From positions 287,286 to 351,285 of the forward strand of contig VGVV01000001.1 in assembly GCA_016873895.1 (NCBI GenBank): 64,000 nucleotides of DNA. Direction: 5' to 3'. Positions 1-9,876 of the stretch are shown here, piece after piece. Below the pieces are notes generated by a model. That model worked only from the letters and a program-made list of their open reading frames with translations, made no database searches and had not been told where the DNA came from. Position numbers and translations under genes: made by a program. This DNA is from Ignavibacteria bacterium (GTDB lineage Bacteria > Bacteroidota > Ignavibacteria > Kapaibacteriales > Kapaibacteriaceae). The stretch's first letter is position 1; the number at the start of each line of letters is the position of its first letter.

Positions 1-2388
1 ACCAACACATCCAAAGATGTCAACTACAACGCAGTACACTGTGTCTGTAGCCTTCACCACGATTGTGCGGTCAGAGCCATAATTGCCACCAGCAAGTTGA
101 CCAAGCCATGTGTAAGAAGCATATCCTGCAGGAGCTGATATTACTACGCTATCGCCAGCGCAGAAGTTAGCATTGCCTGTAATAGTAAGCTTTGGACTTG
201 GAGCTGGGTTAACCGTTACTTCTACTTCAGCTGAAGCGCCAGTACAACCGTTATTGTCGGCTACAGTAACTGTGTAGTTACCAGACTTTGTTGCTGTGAT
301 TGATTGCGTACTTTCACCACTTGACCAGCGATAAGCATTGAAGCCTGCTGGAGCTGTAAGAACAACCGAACCGCCTTCGCAGAATGTTGTTGGACCGCTG
401 AGAGCGATTGTTGGCTGAGGTCCAGCAAGTACGTTCAGTGTAACAACATTTGATGCGTTTGAACATCCGTTACCATTTGTAACGATGCATGAATACTGAC
501 CCGACGTGCGCGCAACGATACAGCGAGCTGTTTCACCGGTGTTCCATACATAGCTTGTGAAGCCGATAGGTGCACAGATGGTGATGTCGCCTGTTGGGCA
601 GAATGTTGTTGGACCAGATACAGTAAGTGTTGCTGTTGGAAGCGCATTAACTGTTACGCTGTATGCGTTAGAAACAGCACAACCAAACGTGTTTGTTTCT
701 GTAACTGTAAGCGTTGCAGCTCCTGGGAGTGTCCATTCTACTGCAACATTTGGCGTGCCTTGACCGGCACGGATGAAGTTGCCGCCAGTGATTGTCCAGT
801 TGTATGCATTGCCTGGAACACCAGTTGTGCTGTAGTTTTCAACCTTGTTTTGGCAAACAACTGCTTGACCAGTTACGGCTGGAGTTGGTAGTGGGTTTAC
901 TGTAACATTCAGTGAACCTGATGTTGCACATCCAAAGCTCGATGTGTGCGCAAGGACTACAGTACCGGTAGTTGGACCGCCACCGTTTGACCATTGAACT
1001 GTAATCGATGATGTTCCTTGGCCAGAAATGATCGTGCCACCGTTAACTGTCCAAGCATAAGAAATCGTACCGGAACCGGCCGTCTGAGTTGGAATGCTAC
1101 TTGTGTACGTTACTGTGTTGTTTGTAGCAGGGTTCGTAGCAAGGTTGGTTGCACACACTACCGACGGGCCGCTAACTACTGGTGTAGGAGGCATCGGACG
1201 AACAATCGTGCTGATACCACTAGTTACTGCACATGTTCCAGCTGGAAGTACGTCGATAACGCCTTCTGTTACTTGAACGATACCGTTGTTCGTGTTGGGC
1301 CAGATTGGAGCAGTCCATGTTACGCGGACTGTACTAGCAGCTACCTGTGTGATGCTGCCACCGACTACTGACCAGCTATACGAGTTGCCGGTTACCTGAG
1401 CAGTTGTGTAATCATGCTGCGCATTTGAGCACGGATTCAGGTTACCAGTGATTACCGGAAGTGGCGTGCTGCAAATTTTAATTGAGTCAAGGTCTGTCGT
1501 GGCACAAACTGAACCAGGAACTGTCTCGCGGCATGCAACGGTACCAATACCTGCGTTACCCCACTGAACAGTGATGCCTACAGTGTTTTGACCTGAAAGA
1601 ATAGTACCGCCAGTAACCGTCCATTGGAATACGTTGCCCGGTGTAGCGCCGACGCTGTACGAATGTGTCGAGCTAGCGCAAACAATGCCTGGACGGCGTG
1701 TTGCTGGGTTACCGTATCCTGTTCCAGACTGTACATTTGGTGTTGGTACCGGATTAACAATAACGGTTGCTGATGCCGTTGCGCTACAAACCCCGCCAAC
1801 TGCAGTTTCTGTAACAGAAACTGTCGCGTTGCCAGTTTGGATCCAACGAACATTGATGAGGTTCGACCCCGGAGGCGTGCCACCGATGTTAACCCAGCTT
1901 CCTGCTGGAGATACAGACCATACGTAGTTGCTACCAGCAACTGCTGGAGTAGAGTAGGTTTGTTCCGAGTTAATGCACACAACGTTTGGACCACCAACAG
2001 CCGGAGTTGGCGTGCGGCTTACGGCAACGTCGATTGTTGCTGCCGTCACTGAGTTGTTGTTGTTGCGTGTGACCGTAAGAGTTTGGTTACCCTGATTCTG
2101 CCACTGAACAGTGATAGATGGTGTACCGTTACCAGTTACGAAGAAGCCACCAACAATCGTCCATGTGTATGACACACCACCACCAACACCAAGATTCTCA
2201 GTGTTGTACGTGATCTGTTGTCCTTCACAAGCTTGGTTAATGTTACCAGCTGGCGAGGCGCGATTAATCGTCTGTGCTGATACGTACGTCAGCGTACCGA
2301 CGGTGAATAGAACCGCCATCAACACAGAACGGAGCCAAAAAGCACCAGTCTGACGTGAAGACGAGAACGCGGAATCGAATCGATTCAT
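1..2388 (-). CDS. Large secreted Thr/Gly/Val-rich protein with tandem PKD/Ig-like repeats (partial; 796 codons in window, continues past left edge)
   Basis: Absent from the ORF track because no stop lies in the window. Hand translation from ATG at 2388 (GGAGG at 2394-2398) gives MNRFDSAFSSSRQTGAFWLRSVLMAVLFTVGTLTYVSA|QTINR. Repeats include YTWTIVGG..GNGTPSITVQW, YAWTVNGGTIISGQGTSSITVQW and GPTTFCEGGSVVLTAPAGFNAYRWSSGESTQSI. The frame is still open at position 1 (..YCVVVDIFGCVG). Confidence 0.9.
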   Translation of the reverse strand, partial: MNRFDSAFSSSRQTGAFWLRSVLMAVLFTVGTLTYVSAQTINRASPAGNINQACEGQQITYNTENLGVGGGVSYTWTIVGGFFVTGNGTPSITVQWQNQGNQTLTVTRNNNNSVTAATIDVAVSRTPTPAVGGPNVVCINSEQTYSTPAVAGSNYVWSVSPAGSWVNIGGTPPGSNLINVRWIQTGNATVSVTETAVGGVCSATASATVIVNPVPTPNVQSGTGYGNPATRRPGIVCASSTHSYSVGATPGNVFQWTVTGGTILSGQNTVGITVQWGNAGIGTVACRETVPGSVCATTDLDSIKICSTPLPVITGNLNPCSNAQHDYTTAQVTGNSYSWSVVGGSITQVAASTVRVTWTAPIWPNTNNGIVQVTEGVIDVLPAGTCAVTSGISTIVRPMPPTPVVSGPSVVCATNLATNPATNNTVTYTSSIPTQTAGSGTISYAWTVNGGTIISGQGTSSITVQWSNGGGPTTGTVVLAHTSSFGCATSGSLNVTVNPLPTPAVTGQAVVCQNKVENYSTTGVPGNAYNWTITGGNFIRAGQGTPNVAVEWTLPGAATLTVTETNTFGCAVSNAYSVTVNALPTATLTVSGPTTFCPTGDITICAPIGFTSYVWNTGETARCIVARTSGQYSCIVTNGNGCSNASNVVTLNVLAGPQPTIALSGPTTFCEGGSVVLTAPAGFNAYRWSSGESTQSITATKSGNYTVTVADNNGCTGASAEVEVTVNPAPSPKLTITGNANFCAGDSVVISAPAGYASYTWLGQLAGGNYGSDRTIVVKATDTVYCVVVDIFGCVG

Positions 2389-2625
2389 ACGATCCTCCAA
2401 ATAGAACGTTGAAATATTGTTATTCATGCTTTGTTATTCTTCTTCGAAATGTTTCCTACATAAAATGCACACGGTTGCCCATCGGGCATCCGCACATCTC
2501 CGCGAAAATATACCACCAACGGCTATCTGCCAAACCTATTACGATAGTAGTTAGGAGTGCAGAGATTCCTAAGGCATATACTTTTCAACAGGAATCACCA
2601 ATCAAGTGCCGTGCCAAAAAAAACA

Positions 2626-3630
2626 TTACTGACGTTTGCTGCGCATTTCAGCTACGAACTGCCATAGTTGCTCCACGAGCTCTTTAACGGCAAATCCTGA
2701 TACTGATGAAACAACAGAGGCCTTGTACTTCTTAGCAAAGGGGCTACTCTGGATCTCATCAGTGAGTTCCGGACCCAGAATATCACCCTTTGTAATTCGC
2801 ACAAGCCATGGTTTTTCAAGTAGTTGGGGAGAATGTGCACCCAGCTCAGCGCGCAAGACCTCTAAGTCGTGCTCGGGATCCAATGACTGCGCATCGATCA
2901 AGAAAAGGAGTACAGCTGTACGTTCTATATGACGCAAGAACTGTGTTCCAAGTCCCTTACCCTCGTGCGCACCCTCGATAAGTCCGGGTATATCGGCAAT
3001 AGTAAAACTACGGTATTCACCGGCCCGTACCAGCCCCAGATTTGGCACAAGTGTTGTGAAGGGGTAAATCGCAATCTTTGGCTTTGCAGCAGATACGGCA
3101 GAAATAAATGTGCTCTTGCCCGCATTGGGGAAGCCAACCAATCCAACATCAGCTAAGAGCTTTAGCTCTAATTCAAGGGTTGCTTCCTCCCCCGGTGTTC
3201 CGGGGTCTGCCATTCGTGGGGCCTGATTTATTGATGTAACGAACTCAGAATTCCCGCGCCCGCCGCGTCCGCCGCGTGCCACGATGTATTGTTCTTCGTG
3301 CTCGGTCAGATCCGCGATTTGCTCACCTGTTTCGCGATCGCACACAACAGTTCCAACGGGCACCCGGATAACTGTATCGTTACCGCTTCTGCCAGTGCAA
3401 TTACTCTTTCCTCCATGCGCGCCATTCTCTGCGTTATAATGACGCTGATATGTAAAGTCGAGCAAGGTGCCTAACTGCTTATCTGCCTTAACAACGACGT
3501 TGCCGCCATTGCCGCCGTTACCACCATCTGGCCCACCTTTGGGTACATACTTCTCACGGCGAAATGAAATGTGACCTGCCCCGCCATCACCGGCCTTGAC
3601 CTGAATCCAGGCCGTGTCGATGAAATTCAT
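2626..3630 (-). CDS. obgE: GTPase ObgE/CgtA
   Basis: FIDTA..KAGDGGAG..FRREKYVPKGGPDGG Obg fold; G-motifs GFPNAGKS, YPFTTL, DIPGLIEGA. Confidence 0.98.
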   Translation of the reverse strand: MNFIDTAWIQVKAGDGGAGHISFRREKYVPKGGPDGGNGGNGGNVVVKADKQLGTLLDFTYQRHYNAENGAHGGKSNCTGRSGNDTVIRVPVGTVVCDRETGEQIADLTEHEEQYIVARGGRGGRGNSEFVTSINQAPRMADPGTPGEEATLELELKLLADVGLVGFPNAGKSTFISAVSAAKPKIAIYPFTTLVPNLGLVRAGEYRSFTIADIPGLIEGAHEGKGLGTQFLRHIERTAVLLFLIDAQSLDPEHDLEVLRAELGAHSPQLLEKPWLVRITKGDILGPELTDEIQSSPFAKKYKASVVSSVSGFAVKELVEQLWQFVAEMRSKRQ

Positions 3631-4772
3631 GCAATACTCCTATGTAGCGCTTGTGCAAACTCCATCGCCACAGCACTGTCGGGATGAGTACCATTTTTTG
3701 CATAGAATCGGTCTACAACGCTAGCTGCCTCTTTCCACGTAGGGCACAGTAGAATTTCACGAACAAGTTCATTGAACATGTTGGCATTATCGTTGAAGAT
3801 CTTGCGTATAACCTTCGAACGTGCTTCATCATCTAGCAGCTGGGCAAGTTTCTCGCGGCGCACCTGCAAGACATCAGCATCGGGACTGGTAGGCTCTGCT
3901 TCCGGAGCTTCCACACTTTCGTTCTGCTCTGCAGCAACAGAATCATGATAAATCACTGGCTCTACGTGTGGCTCTTGTACACCTTCATCGATTGTTGCTA
4001 TAACCGCATCAATGACTTCCATGAACTTTGAGCGTGTCAAAGCCCGCAGCTCCTCACGATACAGCATGCGCTCGAGTGCCTGCGATAGTGGTACGGCCCC
4101 TTTGTCGTCGAGAAAGATGATAACGGCTTCGGTAGGCACTGTCTCAGGGGGCAAATCAGGATTCACATCCGAAAAGTACTGATACATCGGCTCGAGAAGC
4201 TGCACAAACTCTTCCTGCGATAGGTCAAGAATTGCGTCATTGTCAATCTTCTCGATAATGCGCTCAAACTCGACAACACTCAGGATCTCATTAACTGAGA
4301 CGTCACCACGACCCGCAGCCCAGGTTCTGATACCCTCTAGCAAATAATCGTGATCACTGAGATAGCTCAACCGAAGTAGCACCTCATACAGGGGCTTGGT
4401 TGGCTCGCCCCGAAAGACAAACCATTTTAATGTTGTCCGCGGCCTACACAGAAAGTTCAACCGCGTCTTTGTAGCTGCTTCAATCGTGGCAAGAAGTTCT
4501 TCGTGGTCAAATCTTGCATGCTGCAGATACAATGTATCAAGACGTTCCAGTGCTTGTCGAACCTCGGATGCACTGTTGTCGAAACGAGGATTCGATGAAC
4601 GAATCGCCCTCTCCTCATGCAACCACCATTGAACCTCTGCATTGAAGTACATCCTGTATGCTGGATGTATCTCTTGATTGGCTACAATGGTATGCAGGGC
4701 TGTATACGACTGACGCGACTCGAGCTGCTGCTCGAGCTGTTTGCGAACGCGTTCTAATTCCTTTTCAAACAT
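3627..4772 (-). CDS. Hypothetical acidic, helical protein (~381 aa)
   Basis: Long ORF whose stop overlaps the obgE start (ATGA). Start moved to ATG 4772 (MFEKELE), which follows an A-rich leader and a TATCTTG promoter-like motif at 4802-4808. No family recognised. Confidence 0.8.
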   Translation of the reverse strand: MFEKELERVRKQLEQQLESRQSYTALHTIVANQEIHPAYRMYFNAEVQWWLHEERAIRSSNPRFDNSASEVRQALERLDTLYLQHARFDHEELLATIEAATKTRLNFLCRPRTTLKWFVFRGEPTKPLYEVLLRLSYLSDHDYLLEGIRTWAAGRGDVSVNEILSVVEFERIIEKIDNDAILDLSQEEFVQLLEPMYQYFSDVNPDLPPETVPTEAVIIFLDDKGAVPLSQALERMLYREELRALTRSKFMEVIDAVIATIDEGVQEPHVEPVIYHDSVAAEQNESVEAPEAEPTSPDADVLQVRREKLAQLLDDEARSKVIRKIFNDNANMFNELVREILLCPTWKEAASVVDRFYAKNGTHPDSAVAMEFAQALHRSIA

Positions 4773-4820
4773 GCTTTTCGTTTGTTCTTGCCGAATGAGC
4801 ACAAGATACTGACTAGCCGT

Positions 4821-6167
4821 TCAACCGAACAATTCGGACAGCACAGTAGACAACCTGTCTAATCCTCGCAGCACTGCCGACGAAGCACTGGGATCGGGCG
4901 CAGAGTAAACCTTATCTAAACCAAGTCGGGCCGCTTCTGATAATCGTTGATCAAGGTACGGCACTCTTCGGATCTCACCGGTTAAGCCCAGCTCGCCTAC
5001 AAATGCAATGCCCTGCGGTATTGCTCTGTCTAACACACTGCTAACTACGGCAGCAGCTACTCCAAGATCTATTGCTGGGTCTTGAACAGCAATACCCCCG
5101 GCCACATTTACGAAAACATCGCTTTGGCGCACCAGTATGCCCCCTCGCTTCTCCAGAATAGCCAGAATCATCTGCAAGCGTCGAGCATCATATCCCGTGC
5201 TTACGCGCTGTGGTTGAGAATACCCTGTAGGAGAAACAAGCGCCTGAACCTCGAGCAGCAGGGGCCGGGTACCCTCCATCACTGCAACAACAGCCGTTCC
5301 GGAATCATGCGTGCTGCGCTGCGAAAGCAACACCTCACTCGGATTCAGCACTTCGTGCAGTCCATCAGACCGCATGTCGAACACTCCGAGCTCATTCGTA
5401 GAGCCATAGCGGTTCTTGAGCGCACGTAGCACACGGTAGGAATACATGCCATCTCCTTCGAACTGCAGTACTGCGTCAACCATGTGCTCCAGAACCTTTG
5501 GTCCAGCAATCATCCCGTCTTTGGTTACGTGTCCGATGATAAACAAGGGAACACCAGAGCTCTTTGCAACCTTCGTCAACAATGCCGTACACTCACGCAC
5601 CTGTGCAACGCTTCCGGCAGAAGACTCCAGCATTTCCGTAGTAATGGTCTGCACAGAATCAACAATTACAAAGGATGGCTTGTCGCGATTAATGATGGCC
5701 GCAATACGCTCTACATTTGTCTCAGCCGCCACGAGTACGTTGTGAACAGGCACGCCAAGACGTTCGGCGCGCTGACGCAGCTGAAACAAGCTTTCTTCAC
5801 CGGTAACGTATAAGCATGGGGCTTGCAATGCCTGCAATGAGATGTTTGATGCTACCTGTAGCATGAGCGTGCTCTTACCCATTCCAGGATCGCCCCCTAC
5901 CAGCACAACGCTGCCAGGGACAACTCCTCCACCAACTACTCTGTCGAGTTCAGACATACCTGTGGTGATTCGAACTGTGCCCTCATGTGAAACAGCATCA
6001 AGGCGCTGGGTCTGCACAGCTAGCGCACCCTTCGAAGCTATCTTTGACTGCGACTGCTCCACTTCTTCGACCATCGACTCCCAAGCACCACACCCGGGAC
6101 ACTTACCAACCCATTTGGGAGTTGAATATCCACATGCTGAACAGCGATATAGGGTGCGTATCTTCAT
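4821..6167 (-). CDS. radA: DNA repair protein RadA/Sms
   Basis: N-terminal C4 zinc finger CSACG..GKCPGCG, Walker A GDPGMGKST, KNRYG motif, Lon-like C-terminus. Confidence 0.98.
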   Translation of the reverse strand: MKIRTLYRCSACGYSTPKWVGKCPGCGAWESMVEEVEQSQSKIASKGALAVQTQRLDAVSHEGTVRITTGMSELDRVVGGGVVPGSVVLVGGDPGMGKSTLMLQVASNISLQALQAPCLYVTGEESLFQLRQRAERLGVPVHNVLVAAETNVERIAAIINRDKPSFVIVDSVQTITTEMLESSAGSVAQVRECTALLTKVAKSSGVPLFIIGHVTKDGMIAGPKVLEHMVDAVLQFEGDGMYSYRVLRALKNRYGSTNELGVFDMRSDGLHEVLNPSEVLLSQRSTHDSGTAVVAVMEGTRPLLLEVQALVSPTGYSQPQRVSTGYDARRLQMILAILEKRGGILVRQSDVFVNVAGGIAVQDPAIDLGVAAAVVSSVLDRAIPQGIAFVGELGLTGEIRRVPYLDQRLSEAARLGLDKVYSAPDPSASSAVLRGLDRLSTVLSELFG

Positions 6168-6218
6168 GGAGGTAAAAAGCCGAATGTTGTGTTATCAAAG
6201 CTAGGAAATGTTCGCCGC

Positions 6219-7148
6219 GTGAGCGCTACACCAACGATAGAACAGGCATATGAAGTATGCAGAATGGTAACGAAGACACATGCAAAGACCTTCTATGCTG
6301 CGTCTCATTTTATTTCGCCATCAAAGCGGGATGCGTGCTATGCTGTGTATGCGTTTTGTCGATACGTGGACGACCTAATAGACGTAGCAATGGAGCGCGG
6401 GGAGTTGTCACGCGAAGATGCCGTAGCACTCGTCGAGCATTGGCGCTCTGATGTTGCGGCATTATATGATAGCGCCGCACAACGAGATTCAACTGATCCA
6501 GCCTACAGAGACAGAGAAGATGTGTTGCGAGCCTGGGAGCACACCTTGCAGCAGTACCATATCCCCCGAAACCTGCCAAATGAGCTGATCGAGGGTGTAC
6601 TGATGGACACCACGATCACGCGGTTTGCAACCTTCGACCACCTCAAGGAATACTGTTACAAAGTAGCCTCCGTAGTCGGACTGATGACGAGCGAGATTTT
6701 TGGCTACTCATCTCAGGACGCCCTTCCTCGAGCCGTTGACCTTGGCATTGCCATGCAACTCACAAACATCATTCGCGATGTGAAAGAGGATGCGGATAGG
6801 GGCAGGATTTACCTGTCACAAGAAGACATGCAAAGATTTGGTGTACGTGAAGAAGATGTGCTGCAGCACAGGATGACACCTGAACTACGCTCTCTACTGA
6901 TAGAGTATGTACGACGTGCAGATGAATTCTACACCTCTGCAGACAAAGGAATTGCTCTTCTTCATCCAGATAGTATGCTCACCGTTCTGCTCATGAGTCG
7001 TAACTATCAGAAAATTTTACGCGTGGTAGAGAACATGAACTACGATGTCTTTTCTCGGCGTGCTAGCACGAGCATGCTAGCAAAACTCTTTGCCGTACCC
7101 TCAGCATTCGTAGAATCTCGTAGAATACGCAGACGCTCTCAAGCGTAA
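6219..7148 (+). CDS. crtB: Phytoene/squalene synthase family protein, probably phytoene synthase
   Basis: AKTFYAAS, YAFCRYVDDLID, YCYKVASVVG, QLTNIIRDVKED..GRIYL motifs. GTG 6219 preferred over 6189 (start uncertain). Confidence 0.92.
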   Translation: MSATPTIEQAYEVCRMVTKTHAKTFYAASHFISPSKRDACYAVYAFCRYVDDLIDVAMERGELSREDAVALVEHWRSDVAALYDSAAQRDSTDPAYRDREDVLRAWEHTLQQYHIPRNLPNELIEGVLMDTTITRFATFDHLKEYCYKVASVVGLMTSEIFGYSSQDALPRAVDLGIAMQLTNIIRDVKEDADRGRIYLSQEDMQRFGVREEDVLQHRMTPELRSLLIEYVRRADEFYTSADKGIALLHPDSMLTVLLMSRNYQKILRVVENMNYDVFSRRASTSMLAKLFAVPSAFVESRRIRRRSQA

Positions 7149-7981
7149 TGGTATCGTGCAGATGTGATGGTGAAGTGGCCGTAATCAAAATCGCCCGTTT
7201 CAAGATTCCAAATAAAATCTACCTGTGTAGGAATCTTCACACCATCGAACTCTTTGTAACTCGAGCATACCATAGTAAAGCTTGCTTGCTCAAACCCACT
7301 TTTATGATCTCGATATTTATCTGAGGTTGTGATACGTTCGATTTCATTGTCTTGATTGAAATGGAACATGGCGCTAACCCTTGTTGGGCCATCAGTGATA
7401 ACAGCCTTTGCTGTTGCGTCATCGATTGGCTCCCAACGCAGCGTCTTCGTAGGCAAGAAGGCTGTCGGTATCCATACAACCTCACTCAGCAAACGAAACA
7501 ACATCGACGTATCTGTCTCCGGTCCATGAAGCTCTTGCGTTGTAAATGCACCAAGAAACTTGATGTGGCCATGGGCCTCTCCCTGCACATAACTTAGCTT
7601 GGCTGTTCGCCGAATACCACCTTTGTGTATCAATACAGCATCCCAAACCCAGCCAGGCTCCATCCCTGAGATAATCTCACGAGCCTTAACACGAAACCAG
7701 GGGCGTTCTGGACCATGTCGAAACGTAGCGCGCTGCTCAAGGACTGCATATCGAATGGCTGGATGATTTTCACTGATTACATGCAGCAGATATCTCTGTA
7801 CAGGTGCAGGCAAGGACGTAATCTGCTCACGAGAAAAACTCGGCAGACTCTCTTTGCTGATGGTCTTAATCAGTTTCCGTTTATATCTCGAGACAAACAC
7901 ACGGGAAACAAGTGCGCTACCCAGCACCAACACAAGAAGCGTTGCTGCTCCACCCAAGATGATATAAAGGAGTTTGTCCAT
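7139..7981 (-). CDS. Membrane-anchored hypothetical protein (DUF6544-like)
   Basis: N-terminal TM helix; LPAPVQRYL, LSEVVWIPTAFLP, WEPIDD..AKA, YKEFDGVKIPT motifs recalled for this family. Confidence 0.75.
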   Translation of the reverse strand: MDKLLYIILGGAATLLVLVLGSALVSRVFVSRYKRKLIKTISKESLPSFSREQITSLPAPVQRYLLHVISENHPAIRYAVLEQRATFRHGPERPWFRVKAREIISGMEPGWVWDAVLIHKGGIRRTAKLSYVQGEAHGHIKFLGAFTTQELHGPETDTSMLFRLLSEVVWIPTAFLPTKTLRWEPIDDATAKAVITDGPTRVSAMFHFNQDNEIERITTSDKYRDHKSGFEQASFTMVCSSYKEFDGVKIPTQVDFIWNLETGDFDYGHFTITSARYHYA

Positions 7982-7987
7982 AATCTT

Positions 7988-9361
7988 CTACGAAGATCGC
8001 CGTAGTTCCCAAGCCGCTATTTTGCTCGACGCCGAAGTTACCAACTGCGACGCAGCAATAGCAAGTACAAGAAGTGGCACTACCTTAAACATACCTCGAC
8101 GCAGTGTCTGCTCTACAATGGCAGCACTAAAGATTGTTCCTGCGAGCCACAAACCAAGCATAACCGCAGCAATCCACGTACTCAATATCACAGAGAAAGT
8201 CCGCCGATAGGCTACCACGTTAGCAAACATCACAGCACCAAACAGCCAAACGATTATTCCCCAGAGATCAACTCGTAAGACAACATTCGTACACGTAAGT
8301 ACTATCACGTCCCAGAATCGACCAAAACTAAATCCAACCAACTGATCTGCACTTGAAGGTCTTACCGGTAAATAGACGTTGAAGAACAGTACATGCCACA
8401 AGGCAAACGTGATAAAACTCACACCAATGATTGTGGCCACCATTCTCATAGCCTTAACAGATCCAAAGGCGTTCTTCAACCGCATAAACGTGAGTCCACA
8501 ACCAAGAACAATCAACAAGGGGGCTTCTGTCCGCGACCACGCAGCTGCCGCAAAGAATACTGCACTCGACCAGATCATTGGTGCAATGGACCGCTCAGCC
8601 CCATTCCAAAACAGATATACTCCGCAAACAATGAACACTGCATTTACATAATCAGTCTGTAACAGATATGTGTATCCAAACATTTCAGGTGTGAGCAGAA
8701 ATAGCAAGTACAGCACCGAGGCTACAGTGGGGTGAACGAGTTGTCGTAGTGCAGCCCACATGAAGATTGAGAACAACACAGCAACAATGCCAACCCATAC
8801 TTGATTGTGCGTAAAGCCAATAAGCTTCATGATCACCTGCATAAGCATGGTGAAGGGGGCGTAGAATGGCTGGTTTGATAGCTGCCCCTGAAGCGATGGG
8901 TGTGTAAAGACTTGATTAACAATCGTATGGTCTACTACCGTATACGTAGCTACGAGATCAATACCCGCCATTGCATCAAATGGTGTTACGGGCCAATAGA
9001 AACTGGCCCACATGATCATGTAAAAAATATATCCAGAGAATCCTATAACTGGAATGTCGTAGAGACCAATTCCTCTAGGTGGAATCGTACGCAGGTGGCG
9101 CACAAGATCGCGAGTAGTCTTCCACATCGGCAGGGTGCACAAAACACCCAAAATTGCTGAACGGAACATGCTGGTTGCCGTGAGTGGCACTCCGACAAGG
9201 TCGCATCCAAAGAACAGCATACTGTGAATAAACATGCCTGCGAATACCGACAATATCGCAGTAATAGTTTTCGTGGTTCTAAGCCCCAGAGCTCCCAGTA
9301 CCGACCCGCCCATGATCAGATGCATTAGCAACACGAACGGCAAACCAAATTCGGATGGCAT
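7988..9361 (-). CDS. Polytopic membrane protein, GT-C (ArnT/GT39-like) glycosyltransferase-like
   Basis: About 12 hydrophobic segments; acidic loop after the early TMs (PFDAMAGID), QTDYVNAVF and WSRTEA motifs resembling GT-C folds. Family assignment is inference. Confidence 0.6.
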   Translation of the reverse strand: MPSEFGLPFVLLMHLIMGGSVLGALGLRTTKTITAILSVFAGMFIHSMLFFGCDLVGVPLTATSMFRSAILGVLCTLPMWKTTRDLVRHLRTIPPRGIGLYDIPVIGFSGYIFYMIMWASFYWPVTPFDAMAGIDLVATYTVVDHTIVNQVFTHPSLQGQLSNQPFYAPFTMLMQVIMKLIGFTHNQVWVGIVAVLFSIFMWAALRQLVHPTVASVLYLLFLLTPEMFGYTYLLQTDYVNAVFIVCGVYLFWNGAERSIAPMIWSSAVFFAAAAWSRTEAPLLIVLGCGLTFMRLKNAFGSVKAMRMVATIIGVSFITFALWHVLFFNVYLPVRPSSADQLVGFSFGRFWDVIVLTCTNVVLRVDLWGIIVWLFGAVMFANVVAYRRTFSVILSTWIAAVMLGLWLAGTIFSAAIVEQTLRRGMFKVVPLLVLAIAASQLVTSASSKIAAWELRRSS

Positions 9362-9864
9362 TACCTACTCCATTCATATTCGTGTATCAACGAGTCGATG
9401 TTGGTTTGTCCGCCGGGCCTGGTAATCCAGATAGAACTTGGTTCGAGCGCAATAAATGCATTCGCATGCTTCCTGCGCGCTGTATCTGTCCATGCAACCA
9501 CATTCCGAAAACCGATCAACCATGTAAGAATCCGAGGGTCGGTCCAGGTAACTGCTGTTTCCATGTATCGCTTCGCATATGCTTGGGGCGGAAGTAACAA
9601 TGTATCAGTTGGCCGAAGCTTGCTGTCTATATACTCTGCTACAGACAAATTGGCCATTTGGCGCATAAAGATGCGCTCGCGGATGCTACGGATTTTATTG
9701 AGCGAGTCTAGCTTAGATCTGTACAACTCAACACGAGACTCATACGATTGCGCATAGGGGTTATCATTGATGGCAGGGCCCAACAAGAGCAACAGTATGA
9801 ACACAACGGCTGCAGTTAAGTATACAGCCGGGACTGAAAAAAAGGCTGGTCGTTCGGTGTTCAT
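9361..9864 (-). CDS. Hypothetical protein with N-terminal TM anchor
   Basis: 167-aa ORF 12 bp downstream of atpG; its stop overlaps the next start by 1 nt. Confidence 0.7.
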   Translation of the reverse strand: MNTERPAFFSVPAVYLTAAVVFILLLLLGPAINDNPYAQSYESRVELYRSKLDSLNKIRSIRERIFMRQMANLSVAEYIDSKLRPTDTLLLPPQAYAKRYMETAVTWTDPRILTWLIGFRNVVAWTDTARRKHANAFIALEPSSIWITRPGGQTNIDSLIHEYEWSR

Positions 9865-9876
9865 TGCGGCGATACG

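Noticed and set aside
379-616. Direct repeat GCAGAATGTTGTTGGACC occurring twice
   Set aside because: It encodes the GPTTFC motif of two protein repeats; there is no CRISPR-like spacer structure
435-2687. Many short ORFs listed in the first 2.7 kb
   Set aside because: They are antisense or off-frame shadows of the single large minus-strand repeat-protein gene
6219-7148. Possible carotenoid gene cluster around crtB
   Set aside because: No crtI/crtY/crtE in the window; crtB is a dispersed singleton here
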